Positions 45,601 to 57,136 are shown, counted from the first letter of the stretch. The stretch: 64,000 nt of DNA from Eledone cirrhosa (GCA_964016885.1 OZ024742.1:74338001-74402000), one strand, 5' to 3'. Translations and numbers: made by a program. Notes: generated by a model not told the origin, from the letters alone.

Positions 45601-48539
45601 GCCGGGTCCTCGTCTATGAAGCCTATCTAAGTCAAGCACACAGATCACGAATTTGTGGTCCGTGTAGCTGACTATCTTGAATTGTGGACAGCCTATGCTA
45701 GACCTATCTATTTCCCTACAAAATACTCTATCTAGATATGATCTGGATGACCGTATGCGATTTGTCCAAGTCCACATTGGTACATTCGGGAAATCCATTC
45801 GGTACCTGTCAGACAGTTCAAAACGTCTGAGCAGGTTGGTGAGACTCTTGCACCCTCCTTCCCTATCCACTAATCCCACACAATCCCAGCGTGCATCTAA
45901 GATCCCGTTCCAGTCGCCCACTAACACTAAAGAGCGGGACGTTCCAAGAAAGGTCTCCAGACGCCGGAAGAAATCAGGCTGCCCTGCTCCTGTCGGGGCA
46001 TAGACGGCCACTAACCTGAAAGATTGGCCGTCTCCGCTAGTCACGTCCAGCGCCACCAACTTACCTTCTGGGTCCAGGAAGATGGCCCGCATGGCAAGAT
46101 CCAAACCTCTCCGAAAAAGCACAGCAACTCCTCCCCCCGATCCCGGACGGCTGGGAGATGCGTACACATCGTAGCCGCCGAAGATCGGTGCGAAAGCCTG
46201 TGCTTCGGAGATTCTGGTCTCGCTGATGGCCACTACATCTATGTTTAGTGACCTGAGGTCGTTGAGCAGGTGGCCCTGCTTCCATGACGACCCCAAGCCA
46301 CGCGCATTTATGCTGCCTATTCTGAGTGAGGTCATGTTGAAAAGGAGTGGAAAAGATGGGAAAGACCACTTACCTTACTTCTCGTAGGGGAAGGACGGTT
46401 TTTCCATCCTTTTCACTGCTTGTGGCCTCCTCAGGAAGGATGTCCTTATAAATCCTCCTGAAGAGTGCTTGTCGGAAGTCTCCGATGTCTTTGGGGAATT
46501 TTTGTTTTAGTGTCATGTACGTTTTCTGTGTGATGCGAGTGATTTGTATGTGTGGAGGTGGTGTGAAATTTGGGGTTGTTGTGTAGTCTTTTTCTGTGAT
46601 GCTGGTGTTGTGTTGGATGTAGTGTAATAATTGCTTGTTGTTCAAATTTAATGCTGTGTAGTGTGTATCGTTTTGGTTGTTTTGTTTTGTTTGCGTTTGT
46701 TGTGGGTTTGTTTCTGTTTCGCATTTTGGTGACTTTTGTGGTGTAGGTGATGGTGGTGTTGGGGTTAATGATGGTGATGGTGTTGGTGTTTGGGTTGATG
46801 GGGTTGGTGATGCTTGTGTGGATGGTGGCATATCTGTCCTAACTTTTTTGTTTCTTAATTTATTTGTTTCCCTCTGTATTTTGTTTTTGGAGGGGGAAGG
46901 AAGAGAATTTTTTCTTTTTTGGTTTCTTTTTTTTTTTCCTGATATCGTTTCCCACTCCTCGTCGTCACAATCTGTCTCCAGTTGTGATAGGCCGGGGAGT
47001 GGCAAATCCTCCACAGCCGTTAGTTTTGGTTGTGGCGTGGTGGATGGTGTAGGCGCTGGTGCTAGTTCTGAAGCGTTGGGTGGTGGTGGTGTTGGTTTTG
47101 CTGGTGGTGGTGGTGGTGTTGGTTTTGCTACTGTTGCTGGGGTTGTTGCTGTTATAGTTGCTTCTGTTGTTGCTGCTACAGTTGTTGCTGCCATCTCTGC
47201 TACTGGTGGTGTTGATGGTTGTGTCACTGGGGTGAGTAGGAGAGGTGGCCTCAACCTTTTAGCCTGAGGGCAGAAAGCCCTTAGGTGGGTTCCTTCACCA
47301 CAAACGACACACCTAGGTCTTCTGCCCTCGACAATTACCGTGAGGTGGCTGCCGTCAGTGAGGTCTATTACCTCTGGGATCTCCTCAATGCTTTTTTGGT
47401 CCGCTTGGATCAGGAGCTCCATCCCAGATCCGGACCAGTTCTCCTGCTTTTCTTTTGCTATTGCTATTATTTTCGTGTTGGCTTCGATGCCGGCGAGGAC
47501 AGCCGCTATTAGCCAGGGAATTTCGATGGCCGGTGGAACGTGGCTCACCCTGATCTTTACGAGTCTCTGGCCACAATAGCTTGGGACGACTGTGAAGTCG
47601 TCACTTCTTAATGGGACCATGGAGTGTTCTCTAGCCTCCTCTGGTGTTTCAAAGAACACGTCCACGGTTCCATACTTTTGACCACGTCTGATGTGGGTTT
47701 TTCTTGCCCACAAATGTCCCAAAGCTTTTTGGATTTGGGACTCGGATGCCCGTTCCACTCGGCGCGATTTTACATTTATTGTTCTATACGACACGGTGCA
47801 CAGGCGCCGATGCTCCATTTTATTAGGGGGGGGGGGTGAGGCTGACCCTGTACCCATCTTTCTTTACCATTTGTTTGGCATTTTCTAAATCCTCCTGAGT
47901 TACCGTAAATGCTTCGAACTGTTTTGCTACTCTGGCGAAACTGAGGGGGGTTTTTATAATGTCATTGTTGTTGTTGTTGCTATCGTTAATATTAATTTTA
48001 GTTTCAGTTGTGGTGGTGGTGACGTCAGTCGTCTTTGGTGGGGAAGAGTTCATTTTGCTTGATTTCATTTCGACATCACGAGTTAATTTATTTTTTTCTT
48101 CTTTTGTTTCTGTTGTCGCGGTGGTGGTGGTGGTGGAGGCTTTAACACCTGCAGTCATTGGTAATGGCGGGAAATGAATGTCTGCCTGAGACAAATTTAA
48201 AATATTGCTACTGCTTATACTTTTTGTAGTGTTGGCAAACGTAGTAACATTTACAATGGTGGTGTCGGTGTGAGGTGTTAATTTGTGAGAAAGGCTTTCA
48301 GCTGCTTCGTGCAGAGGTGAATTAGCCATTTTTTTTTCAAAGAAATTTTTTGATAATAATAAAAGTTAAAATTTGGGGCACAAGGCCCCAATCTTTTTGG
48401 GTGTCCTTTTCGGAAAACAATGTATGTGCGCTTATATATGGTTAACAATAAAAATGTTCCATAAATGGCAATTTTTAACAAACGGAAATAACAAACCTTT
48501 GCGGAGCTCACGATGATACGATTTACTACGTAGGTCGCC

Positions 48540-48540
<1 letters not shown>
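42673..48540 (-). mobile_element. Tx1-F: full-length Tx1, ORF2 with a few stops/frameshifts, ORF1 split at a homopolymer
   Basis: ORF2 pieces 45595-46335, 44848-45525, 44096-44959, 42950-44086 nearly identical to Tx1-D; ORF1 47823-48329 plus 46370-47857 split at G-run 47826-47836. Confidence 0.93.
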
Positions 48541-48579
<39 letters not shown>

Positions 48580-48750
48580 TAATAAGGGAAGAAGACGCAC
48601 GAGGTGACGGAGGTCATGAAATCGCTCCCGTAAGTTTTGAATTTTTAACATATTTAAATCATTTGTGAAATAACAACTCTTAGTACAAATGCTACGTAAA
48701 GCACCCGGCTTGAGCCCCAAAAAATTCGGACCCAAAATATATTGTTATAA

Positions 48751-49401
48751 GGCTCAAATATTCAAATATTCAACTTTGTATTGTACACTGTATATCCCAA
48801 AAAAAAAAAATGGCTATAAATGGAAGAAGAAGAACCCCCCCCCCCCTCCTCTCCTCTGGCTACACTATATAGGACAGCTAAACTCACCAACACCAGAAAC
48901 TAGATACACCGCCCACCCCATCATCTGTGTACACTAAACACAACAGCATTTTCACCTTCACCGCCACCGCTCACTACGGCCATCATTACCACCACTATCC
49001 CATCACCGCCGCCACCACCCCTTGACTCCTTCACTGCTGCTGCCACCGCTACAGCACCATCACTACAGTAATACGGCTCAAATATTCAAATATTCAACTT
49101 TGTATTGTACACTGTATATCCCCCAAAAAAAAATAAAATGGCTATAAATGGAAGAAGAAGAACCCCCCCCCCCTCCTCTCCTCTGGCTACACTATATAGG
49201 ACAGCGAAACTCACCAACACCAGAAACTAGATACACCACCCACCCCATCATCTGTGTACACTAAACACAACAGCATTTTCACCTTCACCGCCACCGCTCA
49301 CTACGGCCATCATTACCACCACTATCCCATCACCGCCGCCACCACCCCCTGACTCCTTCACTGCTGCTGCCACCGCTACAGCATCATCACTACAGTAATA
49401 C
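48751..49401 (+). repeat. ~325-bp tandem duplication in the Dong-4 5' region
   Basis: ggctcaaatattc...cactacagtaatac at 48751-49074 and 49075-49401; single copy in Dong-2. Confidence 0.9.
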
Positions 49402-49769
49402 GGTCGCATCACCGCCACCACTGCCTCGGTATCGACATCACCGCCACCACTGTCTCAGTATCGCCAACGCCGCTAGTCTCTGCTGGCTACCACTTCCACA
49501 TTATAGAATTCCTACTACTAACAAAGAGGAAGGCATCAAAATATATAGATAGACTCAAAAGAAAAAAGAAAAAACAAACAACAAAAGCAGCACAGCAACA
49601 ACAGTAAAAAACGAGAAAAACAGAGAAAAACAAAAACAAAAAAAGAAACCCCAAAAACGTAAAGAAAATAAGAATGAAGAGAGAAGCAGGCGGACGGACA
49701 GAGAAGAGGGGGGAAAAAGTAAAACTTAAAAAACAAAAACTAAGTCAGACATTCGAATACTACATTACA

Positions 49770-49904
49770 ATGAAACTTATGCTTATTCATTTTTGGGGCC
49801 CTTTCTGCCCGTGTGTTTGTTTGTTTATGTGTGTCCGTATACAGCGTGGTGATAATGCCACACAAGGGCCAAGTGGGATGGCGGATCCACAGATGGCTAT
49901 GTAA
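49770..49904 (+). CDS. Candidate 44-aa hydrophobic upstream ORF of Dong-4
   Basis: 3' part of ORF 49674-49904; one amino-acid difference from the Dong-2 copy. Confidence 0.45.
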   Translation: MKLMLIHFWGPFCPCVCLFMCVRIQRGDNATQGPSGMADPQMAM

Positions 49905-49972
49905 ACATACATTCGCCAATCCTCGATAAGAGTGTTTAAATATCGAACATAAACAGTTCGAATAACGGTGAA

Positions 49973-52900
49973 ATGGAGACTAGAACGTCATGTGACAGAC
50001 TCTCACCCAACAGGTGCCCCCTGGCTCAGCAGCAGGAACCTGACTGTCAACGAAATACTGCTGATGTTGGAGGAAGAAGAAGAAGGAAAGGGGCCAGAAC
50101 CAACTGGACGAAAGAATTGAATAGAACTGTTATGCAATGCTACCTGAAAAGTAACCCCAAGGAGAGGGGCTACAGGAGACGGATGCATAACATCTGGAAC
50201 GAGATTGGTTTATTTAAATTAGATGAACAAAAATTGGCCGGGCAGGCTCGGGTAATAAGAACTAATGGGTGGATAAGCGAGCTGGAACTGGAGGAACTGA
50301 GCAGAGAGAATGGCTTGGAGATGGCGGGTGTAGTATGCCAGACAAGCGAGCCGGCGGGAAATGAAGGTGAGGAGGTCCTGAGAGCGGAGGAACCACCCGA
50401 AGCAGACAGTGATCTGAATACTGAGATAAATAATACCTGGAACAGAGATACGGCCACTGAGGAGATGAATGCTGACGGGCTAGGACAAGATTCGGTTGAC
50501 ATCCTAAATTTAGTGGTAGATGAGTTGAACAATGATAGTGGGAGACCTATGAACCTAAGATTTGTAGACAGGAAAAAGTTAAAAGAAACAACAGCTAAGG
50601 TAAACAAAGTCATCCCATACCTTGAGGCGAGGAGTCTTCACCAGTGCAACAATATCCTCAAAGCAACAGCAAATACGGCGAGGAAACTACTTGGTATAAA
50701 AGCGAGAGGAAACAACAGACAAGAAAGAGCAGAGCCGTGGTGGAAGAAGCGATTGAGTGGGCAAATCGGGGAAATGAGAAATGACATAGGAAAGCTTGAG
50801 TCACTACTGAATGGGACACTAAAAAACATAGGCACTAAAAATAGACTGGAAATAAAATACAAAACTAGGAGTAAAAAGCTAAATATTATCATAGAGGAAT
50901 TGAAGCAACGCATTGTAGCAAAGAGTGCCAAAATCAGGCGATACGAGAACAGAGTCAGTCAGTATAAACAGAACCGCATGTTCGACAACAACCAGAAGAT
51001 GCTGTTTGGACAGCTTGAGGGGAAAGAAAGAGGCACCGACTTGATCCCTGGGGCGGAACAAGCTAAAACATTCTGGAGAGGAATATGGGAGCAGGATGTT
51101 AGACACAATGCCCAGGCAGGGTGGATTGAGACAGTACAGAGGGAGATCGGTGAGCAGGCACAGCAACAGACTGATTTGAGTATCACAGTTGAAACTCTTA
51201 AGGGGCAAGCCAAAAAACTAACCAACTGGAAATCACCAGGCCCAGATGGTGTGCAGGGGTATTGGATTAAACATTTAACATCCCTCCACCCGAAGCTGAC
51301 GGCCATGTTCAATGACTGCTTGGTGTCGGGTGAGGTGCCAGAGTGGTTGACAAAAGGTACCACAGTTCTGATAATGAAAGACCGAATCAAGGGTAATGAT
51401 GTTACCAACTATAGACCTATCACATGTCTGCCCGTAATGTGGAAACTGTTGACGAGCATTGTGTCTGAGGAAATCTACCATCACCTCCACACAAACAACT
51501 TGTTGCCGGACGAACAGAAAGGATGCCGAAAGAAGTCACGTGGTACAAAGGACCAGTTGCTTATTGATAAGATGGTAATGGGGAATTGCAGGAGGAGACA
51601 CACTGATCTTGCCATGGGATGGATAGACTACAGAAAGGCATTTGACATGGTGCCTCATTCCTGGATCACCAAAAGCCTGGAGATCTTCAGGGTGGCAGAT
51701 AACATCAGACAGTTGCTGGGCAGGAGTATGGGGTCCTGGGAGACAGAGTTGACATCAACTGGAGTATCCTTGGGAAGCGTGAAGATCAAGAGAGGTATCT
51801 TCCAGGGAGATAGCCTGGCCCCTCTGTTGTTTGTCCTTGCCCTGATGCCCTTGACCATTATGCTGCGAAAAGTGAGAGCAGGATACAAGTTGGGAAGGGG
51901 AGAGCTTACCATCAATCACCTCCTCTTCATGGACGATCTTAAGCTCTTCGGGAAAAGTGAGAAGGAGTTGGATGTGCTTGTTGACACTGTCCGTATTTTC
52001 AGCAGTGATATATGTATGCAGTTTGGTATTGGTAAATGTGGAGTCATTGTGATGAGGAGGGGTAGGTTGAGCAGAAGTAACGGGATCCAGATACCAACAG
52101 GTGAGATGATAAAGGAAATTGACTCTGAGGAAGGATACAAGTATTTGGGCGTTCTGGAGGCTGATGGCATAAAGAACAAAAAAATGAAGGAATTGTTAAG
52201 AACTGAATACATTCGGAGAGTAAGGAGCGTATTGAAGTCACATCTGAACAGCAGAAATGCCATAAGCGCAGTAAATTCCCGAGCTGTGTCTATTATTAGG
52301 TACAGTGCGGGAATTCTGAGATGGAATGTTGCTGAACAAAAAGAAATGGATAGGAAGACTAGGAAGCTATTGACTATCTACAACATGTTCCACAAGAGGA
52401 GTGATGTCGATAGACTCTACCTAAGGAGATCTGAGGGTGGAAGAGGTCTTATCAGCATAGAGGACTGTGTTCAGATGGAGAAAAACAACCTATACAAATA
52501 CGTGACCTATAGTAAGGAGCCAATGCTCAGAGCTGTACTGAAGGAGGGGACAGTAGGCCAGGGGATACCCAAGGAGGAAATAACATCAAGGAGGAAGAGC
52601 AGCCTTAAGGGAAAATCCGTTCATAGTACCTTCTTTGAGAAAACTGAATTTAGAGATCCACAGACATGGAACTGGTTGAGAAGAGGAGACCTCAAAAAGG
52701 CTACAGAAGGAATGCTAATGGCTGCGCAGGAGCAGGCCCTCAAAACGAAGTGGTTGAAGCACCATATCTACAAGGAGGAGGCTAGCCCACTGTGCAGGAT
52801 CTGTGGAGAGAGAGAGGAGACTGTGGCTCACATTGTGTCCGAGTGTAAACACCTAGCCCAGACCCACTATAAGGGCTGGAGACACGATGTAATGGGCAGG

Positions 52901-53365
52901 GTGATCCACTGGCACCTGTGCAAAGTAAACAATCTACCACATTCTGAGAAATGGTATGAGCATAGGCCAGAGGCGGTGATGGAGAACAGTCAGGTGAAGG
53001 TGCTGTGGGATTTTAGGATACAGACGGACAAAAAACTGGAACACAATAGACCTGACCTGGTGGTTGTGGACAAAGGAAAAAGATCGTGCCTGATTGTGGA
53101 TGTGGCCTGCCCGTTCGACACGAGAGTGCAAGAGAAGGAGAGGGAGAAAATTAACCGATACCAGGACCTAAAGTGGGAGGTGAAAAGGATTTGGAACTGC
53201 CATGAAGTCAAAGTGATCCCGATTGTCATAGGCGCACTGGGGACTATCTCCAAAGGTTTCCAGGGATGGTTAAAGAAAATCGGCCCCTTCACGCTTTTTG
53301 GAACGCTTCAAAAGGCATGCTTGCTTGGAACGGCAAGAACCCTCCGATACGTCCTGAATATCTGA
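49973..53365 (+). CDS. Dong-4 polyprotein: RT, CCHC, restriction-like endonuclease
   Basis: 1130 aa; [81 protein letters not shown]. Confidence 0.95.
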   Translation: METRTSCDRLSPNRCPLAQQQEPDCQRNTADVGGRRRRKGARTNWTKELNRTVMQCYLKSNPKERGYRRRMHNIWNEIGLFKLDEQKLAGQARVIRTNGWISELELEELSRENGLEMAGVVCQTSEPAGNEGEEVLRAEEPPEADSDLNTEINNTWNRDTATEEMNADGLGQDSVDILNLVVDELNNDSGRPMNLRFVDRKKLKETTAKVNKVIPYLEARSLHQCNNILKATANTARKLLGIKARGNNRQERAEPWWKKRLSGQIGEMRNDIGKLESLLNGTLKNIGTKNRLEIKYKTRSKKLNIIIEELKQRIVAKSAKIRRYENRVSQYKQNRMFDNNQKMLFGQLEGKERGTDLIPGAEQAKTFWRGIWEQDVRHNAQAGWIETVQREIGEQAQQQTDLSITVETLKGQAKKLTNWKSPGPDGVQGYWIKHLTSLHPKLTAMFNDCLVSGEVPEWLTKGTTVLIMKDRIKGNDVTNYRPITCLPVMWKLLTSIVSEEIYHHLHTNNLLPDEQKGCRKKSRGTKDQLLIDKMVMGNCRRRHTDLAMGWIDYRKAFDMVPHSWITKSLEIFRVADNIRQLLGRSMGSWETELTSTGVSLGSVKIKRGIFQGDSLAPLLFVLALMPLTIMLRKVRAGYKLGRGELTINHLLFMDDLKLFGKSEKELDVLVDTVRIFSSDICMQFGIGKCGVIVMRRGRLSRSNGIQIPTGEMIKEIDSEEGYKYLGVLEADGIKNKKMKELLRTEYIRRVRSVLKSHLNSRNAISAVNSRAVSIIRYSAGILRWNVAEQKEMDRKTRKLLTIYNMFHKRSDVDRLYLRRSEGGRGLISIEDCVQMEKNNLYKYVTYSKEPMLRAVLKEGTVGQGIPKEEITSRRKSSLKGKSVHSTFFEKTEFRDPQTWNWLRRGDLKKATEGMLMAAQEQALKTKWLKHHIYKEEASPLCRICGEREETVAHIVSECKHLAQTHYKGWRHDVMGRVIHWHLCKVNNLPHSEKWYEHRPEAVMENSQVKVLWDFRIQTDKKLEHNRPDLVVVDKGKRSCLIVDVACPFDTRVQEKEREKINRYQDLKWEVKRIWNCHEVKVIPIVIGALGTISKGFQGWLKKIGPFTLFGTLQKACLLGTARTLRYVLNI

Positions 53366-53459
53366 GGCTGCAGGTAGTGGCTTGATATTCAATCCAACGG
53401 ACTTTCCAGTTAACCAACATCAATGACTGAGATTCAAGGAATAACAATAACAATAATAA

Positions 53460-53995
53460 AATAATAATGGTTTCTGATTTAGGCACAAGGCCAACAATGT
53501 TTTGGGGAGGGTAAAGTCGAACAAATAGCAACAACAACAGCAGCAACAGAAAACATAATTGTTTCAGATTTAGGTACAGCCCCAACACTTTTTTGGATGG
53601 GGATAAATTGATTACAGTGATCCCAATTCTAGATTGGAACTATATTTTGTTGACTTTGACAGGATTTGAACGCAGAACTTAATGAGCGGAACAAATGTAA
53701 CGATCTTTCGAAAGAATTGTTTCTACTTTTGGCTCAAGGCCAGAAATTTGAAGGGAATGTAATTACGTTACGGGTACACGCGTTAGAGAGATGCTTAGTC
53801 ACTTGCACGTGAATTCCATGAGCAGACCGTTCCGTTGTTCAACAACCGGAACACTTATCGTCGAAACAGACGGAGGTGTATTTTATCTCTATCTTCAAGC
53901 ATGAAAGGTAAAGCTAATCTCAGCGAGATTTGAATACAGAACGTAAAAGGATGTAACTATATATATGCCACAAAGCATGTTGTCCGATGCTCTAC
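53460..53995. mobile_element. Cluster of decayed SINE fragments
   Basis: Repeated tttaggcacaaggcc-type tails and gatttgaac-type B-box remnants. Confidence 0.65.
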
Positions 53996-54352
53996 TGTAA
54001 TAATAATTTTAAACTTACATAATGTATGTTAAATTTTATTTGTTAAAATAACAGAACATTTACAGAATGTTTTACAGTATATTTTTATTTACTTTTATTA
54101 ATTTAATATGAAATGAAAATAGATTTAAAGTGTTAACAAACTAACTTCACATTTTCTTTATTAAAATTGCAATTTAAGGCAAGCATATGACGCATTATGT
54201 ATTCAAATATAAACTCCCTGCAATATATTTCCTATTTTACAATTTGAGTGTTGACAATCTCCAGACAGACAGCAACAAAAGAGTCATAAAACGATAAATA
54301 TTAATATTTTCTTCGAACACCAAAAACGATAACGAATTCCAAAGAAATTATG

Positions 54353-54399
54353 TTACACTTCTATATATATTGATAATTTATCATTAATGTTGAAGTGAT
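54353..54399 (-). CDS. Terminal coding exon of uncharacterised spliced host gene
   Basis: ttttctttcag acceptor; phase 1 gives (D)HFNINDKLSIYIEV*; AATAAA on minus at 54157-54162. Confidence 0.55.
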
Positions 54400-54486
54400 C
54401 TGAAAGAAAAATCGATAAAAGGTGTTCATTATAACGAAATGAATAATAATTTCTTAGGTTACCATAATGTAATACATATATATAAG

Positions 54487-54962
54487 GTAGATACAGCCAA
54501 ATGGTTAGAATTCGCTTTGCAATCATTAGATCCCGGGTTCAATTCTACTGATTGTATTTTTTACAAGTGTTATTTACCATAGCAATTGGTTGATCATATC
54601 TCGTGAGTGAAATTTCGGAAACAGAAACTGTTTGGAAGCCTATCAGATGGACTGTACCGGTAATACAAAAGGGCAAGCTTTGTCACACACTGTATCATGC
54701 TGAAACTCCCTAAGAACCATGCCAAGAGTACACATGTCTGTGGAATGCTAGGCCACTTACACTATACTGCAAGATGGACTGTACCTATAATTCAAAGGGG
54801 AAAGTTGTGTCACATACAGTCTCACACTGAATTTCCCTGGTAATTACTTTACCGATACACGCGTCTGTGGGATGCTTAGCCACTTGCACGTGAATTCCAT
54901 GAGCAGACCGTTCCGTTGATTGAACAACCGGAACACTCATCGTCGGAACCGACGGAGGTGCA
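54487..54962 (+). mobile_element. tRNA-headed SINE-like element with internal ~120-bp tandem duplication
   Basis: gggttcaattct B-box; gatggactgtacc...ccactt unit at ~54645-54760 and ~54772-54890; tail also seen at 53790-53880. Confidence 0.6.
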
Positions 54963-55098
54963 TTCTATCTCTATCTTCTCAATCCCAAAGGTATGAAAAC
55001 AAAACAAAACAAAACAAAGTAGATCAAAGAGCAGGGACAGCGGGGACCTTTTTTTTAGTAGCAGGAGTGAAATACAACGGCGTAACAATCTATAGATA

Positions 55099-55295
55099 CA
55101 AAAGTAGGCTGAAAAGTTCATAGGATGACTATGAATGAGTTATGCTAGCGCTGTGAAATCTTGCATGCATTAATTTCAACTCTCTTTATTAATAACTGCA
55201 TTGTTTCATTTCAGGCACTATGTTGAAAAAATAAACGTCATTTGCTCATTCCAGGAGAGTACCTGGGTTAGCTTATGAACTTCAGCCGACCCTCG
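55099..55295. mobile_element. Mariner-type MITE
   Basis: TA-flanked TIRs: caaaagtaggctgaaaagttcatagg versus reverse complement of the right end, cgagggtcggctgaagttcataag. Confidence 0.7.
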
Positions 55296-55499
55296 TATGT
55301 AACTTGTAATAAAATTACAAATTTGTTCTCAAGTTAAACCGTTTTAAACATTAAAGTGTTTAGATCAGCAGAGGTTTTCACATTTGAATAAGAGATAAAT
55401 GGCACCCACGATCTAGGTGTCCAACACTCTAGCCACAAACCGACGCTTTTTCTATTTTTGCCACTCCACCGCCATATTATGAGGTAAGTAAGGATTCGT

Positions 55500-55760
55500 T
55501 TCAACTAGGTACTTTGATTAGATTTCTGTTCTAGCAATGAACTCTCTATTATGAACACCTTCTTCCAGCACCGAGATATCCATAAGGGGAATCAGGGACA
55601 GAGATCAATAATTGATTTTGTCATTGTCTCTTATCTCTTCGATTCTGTGCCCCACGTTCGTGTTAAGAGAGGAGCTGAGCTGTCAACTGATCACCATCTA
55701 GTTATCTGCAACTTGAGACTATCTAAAGCCAAAGAAGCCCACAAAACTGGTGGGTCGCCT
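55500..55760 (+). mobile_element. RTE APE-endonuclease fragment
   Basis: MNTFFQHRDIHK..SIIDFVIVS..VRVKRGAELSTDHHLVICNL. Confidence 0.75.
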
Positions 55761-56358
55761 TCGTGAACTATCTGCTGTGGAACTACTTCTATATATATAT
55801 ATATAATTCTTCTTTCTTCTCATGTATTTTATATATATTTACCTCGGCTGCGTTTGTCTGTTTCTCTCTTACTGCTTCCCCGCTCTCTCTGTTTCTCTCA
55901 CCTTCTTTCGCCCCCTCTTTCAGTTACACTTTCTCTCGACTGACCTCTTCCTCACACTTCCACTCACTCACTCACTCTCTGTTTCTCCCCTTCTCACTTC
56001 CTCCCGTTTGGCTTGTGTGGGTCTCTTCTTGCTCACATCTCACACACATCAACACGGTCTGTACCTCTCTCGCTCATGAAATCCACCCAGCTTATGCTGA
56101 CCGGACAACCATGTTGCTTGTTTATTTTCCTATCTTCGGTTTGCTTTTATCCTTCTATGTTGTTTACTTGTCCCCCTCGCCTTACGCGAATTCTGGTCCC
56201 AATAACTTTTTTTAGTTATTGCTCGCACCAACCTGAGGTATCTGATTTTTAATGCGATGAAATACCAATGATGGTTGGAAAATCACTGACGAAGGACTAT
56301 TTTTATCATATGTAACCCATGTGCAAACCACGCAGTATTCTTCTTTCTTCTCATGTTT

Positions 56359-56391
<33 letters not shown>

Positions 56392-56884
56392 GGATGGGCG
56401 AAAGAAGAGTGAATAAAAGTACGAAAACCAATAAGAGTGGAAGAGGGGGAAAGAGAGAGAAAGAGGGAAAGAGGGTGAAAGAGAGAGAAACAGATGGGTG
56501 GAGATAAGACGGCTGCAAGAAGAATTAGAATTAAATGAGAATTAAACTCACGCATATTTGAATATAATCGGTAAGCTTCCAAATTTAGACAGTCTCACTT
56601 ACTTGAGCTAAAGACGGAATTTATATGTGGCGGTCTTGGAGAGCCTGAGAAACAATGGCTACATATTCTTCTTCGTAATAAACAATGAAATCTCGACCTA
56701 TATACTTTAAAGTAGGGATCACAGAAATGCAAGCTTTGGGGTTTAGTATTTATGTCAGAACTCTCCAAAATAAGGAAAGGCAGATGGATAGGGCATATGT
56801 CAAACGATAACATTTATAAAACCAAGTGAACACTAATTTGGCCTTCGCAATGATAGGTGTACTGGAAACCTCTTATACGCGTAT

Positions 56885-57000
56885 GTCAATTACATATTTA
56901 TCGTCACCTACGCAGATGACATCACCTTCCTTAACTTTCCGTACCAAAATGATATCCACGTGCAAACTAAACACTTCACTGAAGACCTGCACAGAATCCA
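56885..57000 (+). mobile_element. Short LINE RT fragment
   Basis: NYIFIVTYADDITF read at 56888-56929. Confidence 0.45.
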
Positions 57001-57136
57001 TGTTTACCTTACGGACACTCACTTAACAGGAACAGATAGGGCAAATCGGTGAAGACAATGGTTTAAACTTTAAACGGACTTATATACGAAGAGTTTTGTA
57101 TAAAAATAAAAGAAAGCAAGATATAATAAACCATAC

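Larger units (their letters stand above)
48585..53440 (+). mobile_element. Dong-4: full-length intact R4/Dong-like RLE retrotransposon
   Basis: Same 5' start (aagggaagaagacgcacg) as Dong-2 after (AAT)n; single intact long ORF; (AAT/AAC)n tail. Confidence 0.95.

Noticed and set aside
47826-47836. Programmed frameshift in Tx1-F ORF1
   Set aside because: Homopolymer run; Tx1-D ORF1 is continuous, so slippage or sequencing error is more likely.
20200-53460. Uni-strand piRNA cluster
   Set aside because: Elements lie on both strands and orientation is explained by family and target strand; no small-RNA data are available.
56225-56335. Penelope-type hammerhead remnant (ctgacgaagg..)
   Set aside because: No matching GAAA core or supporting stems; not supportable.
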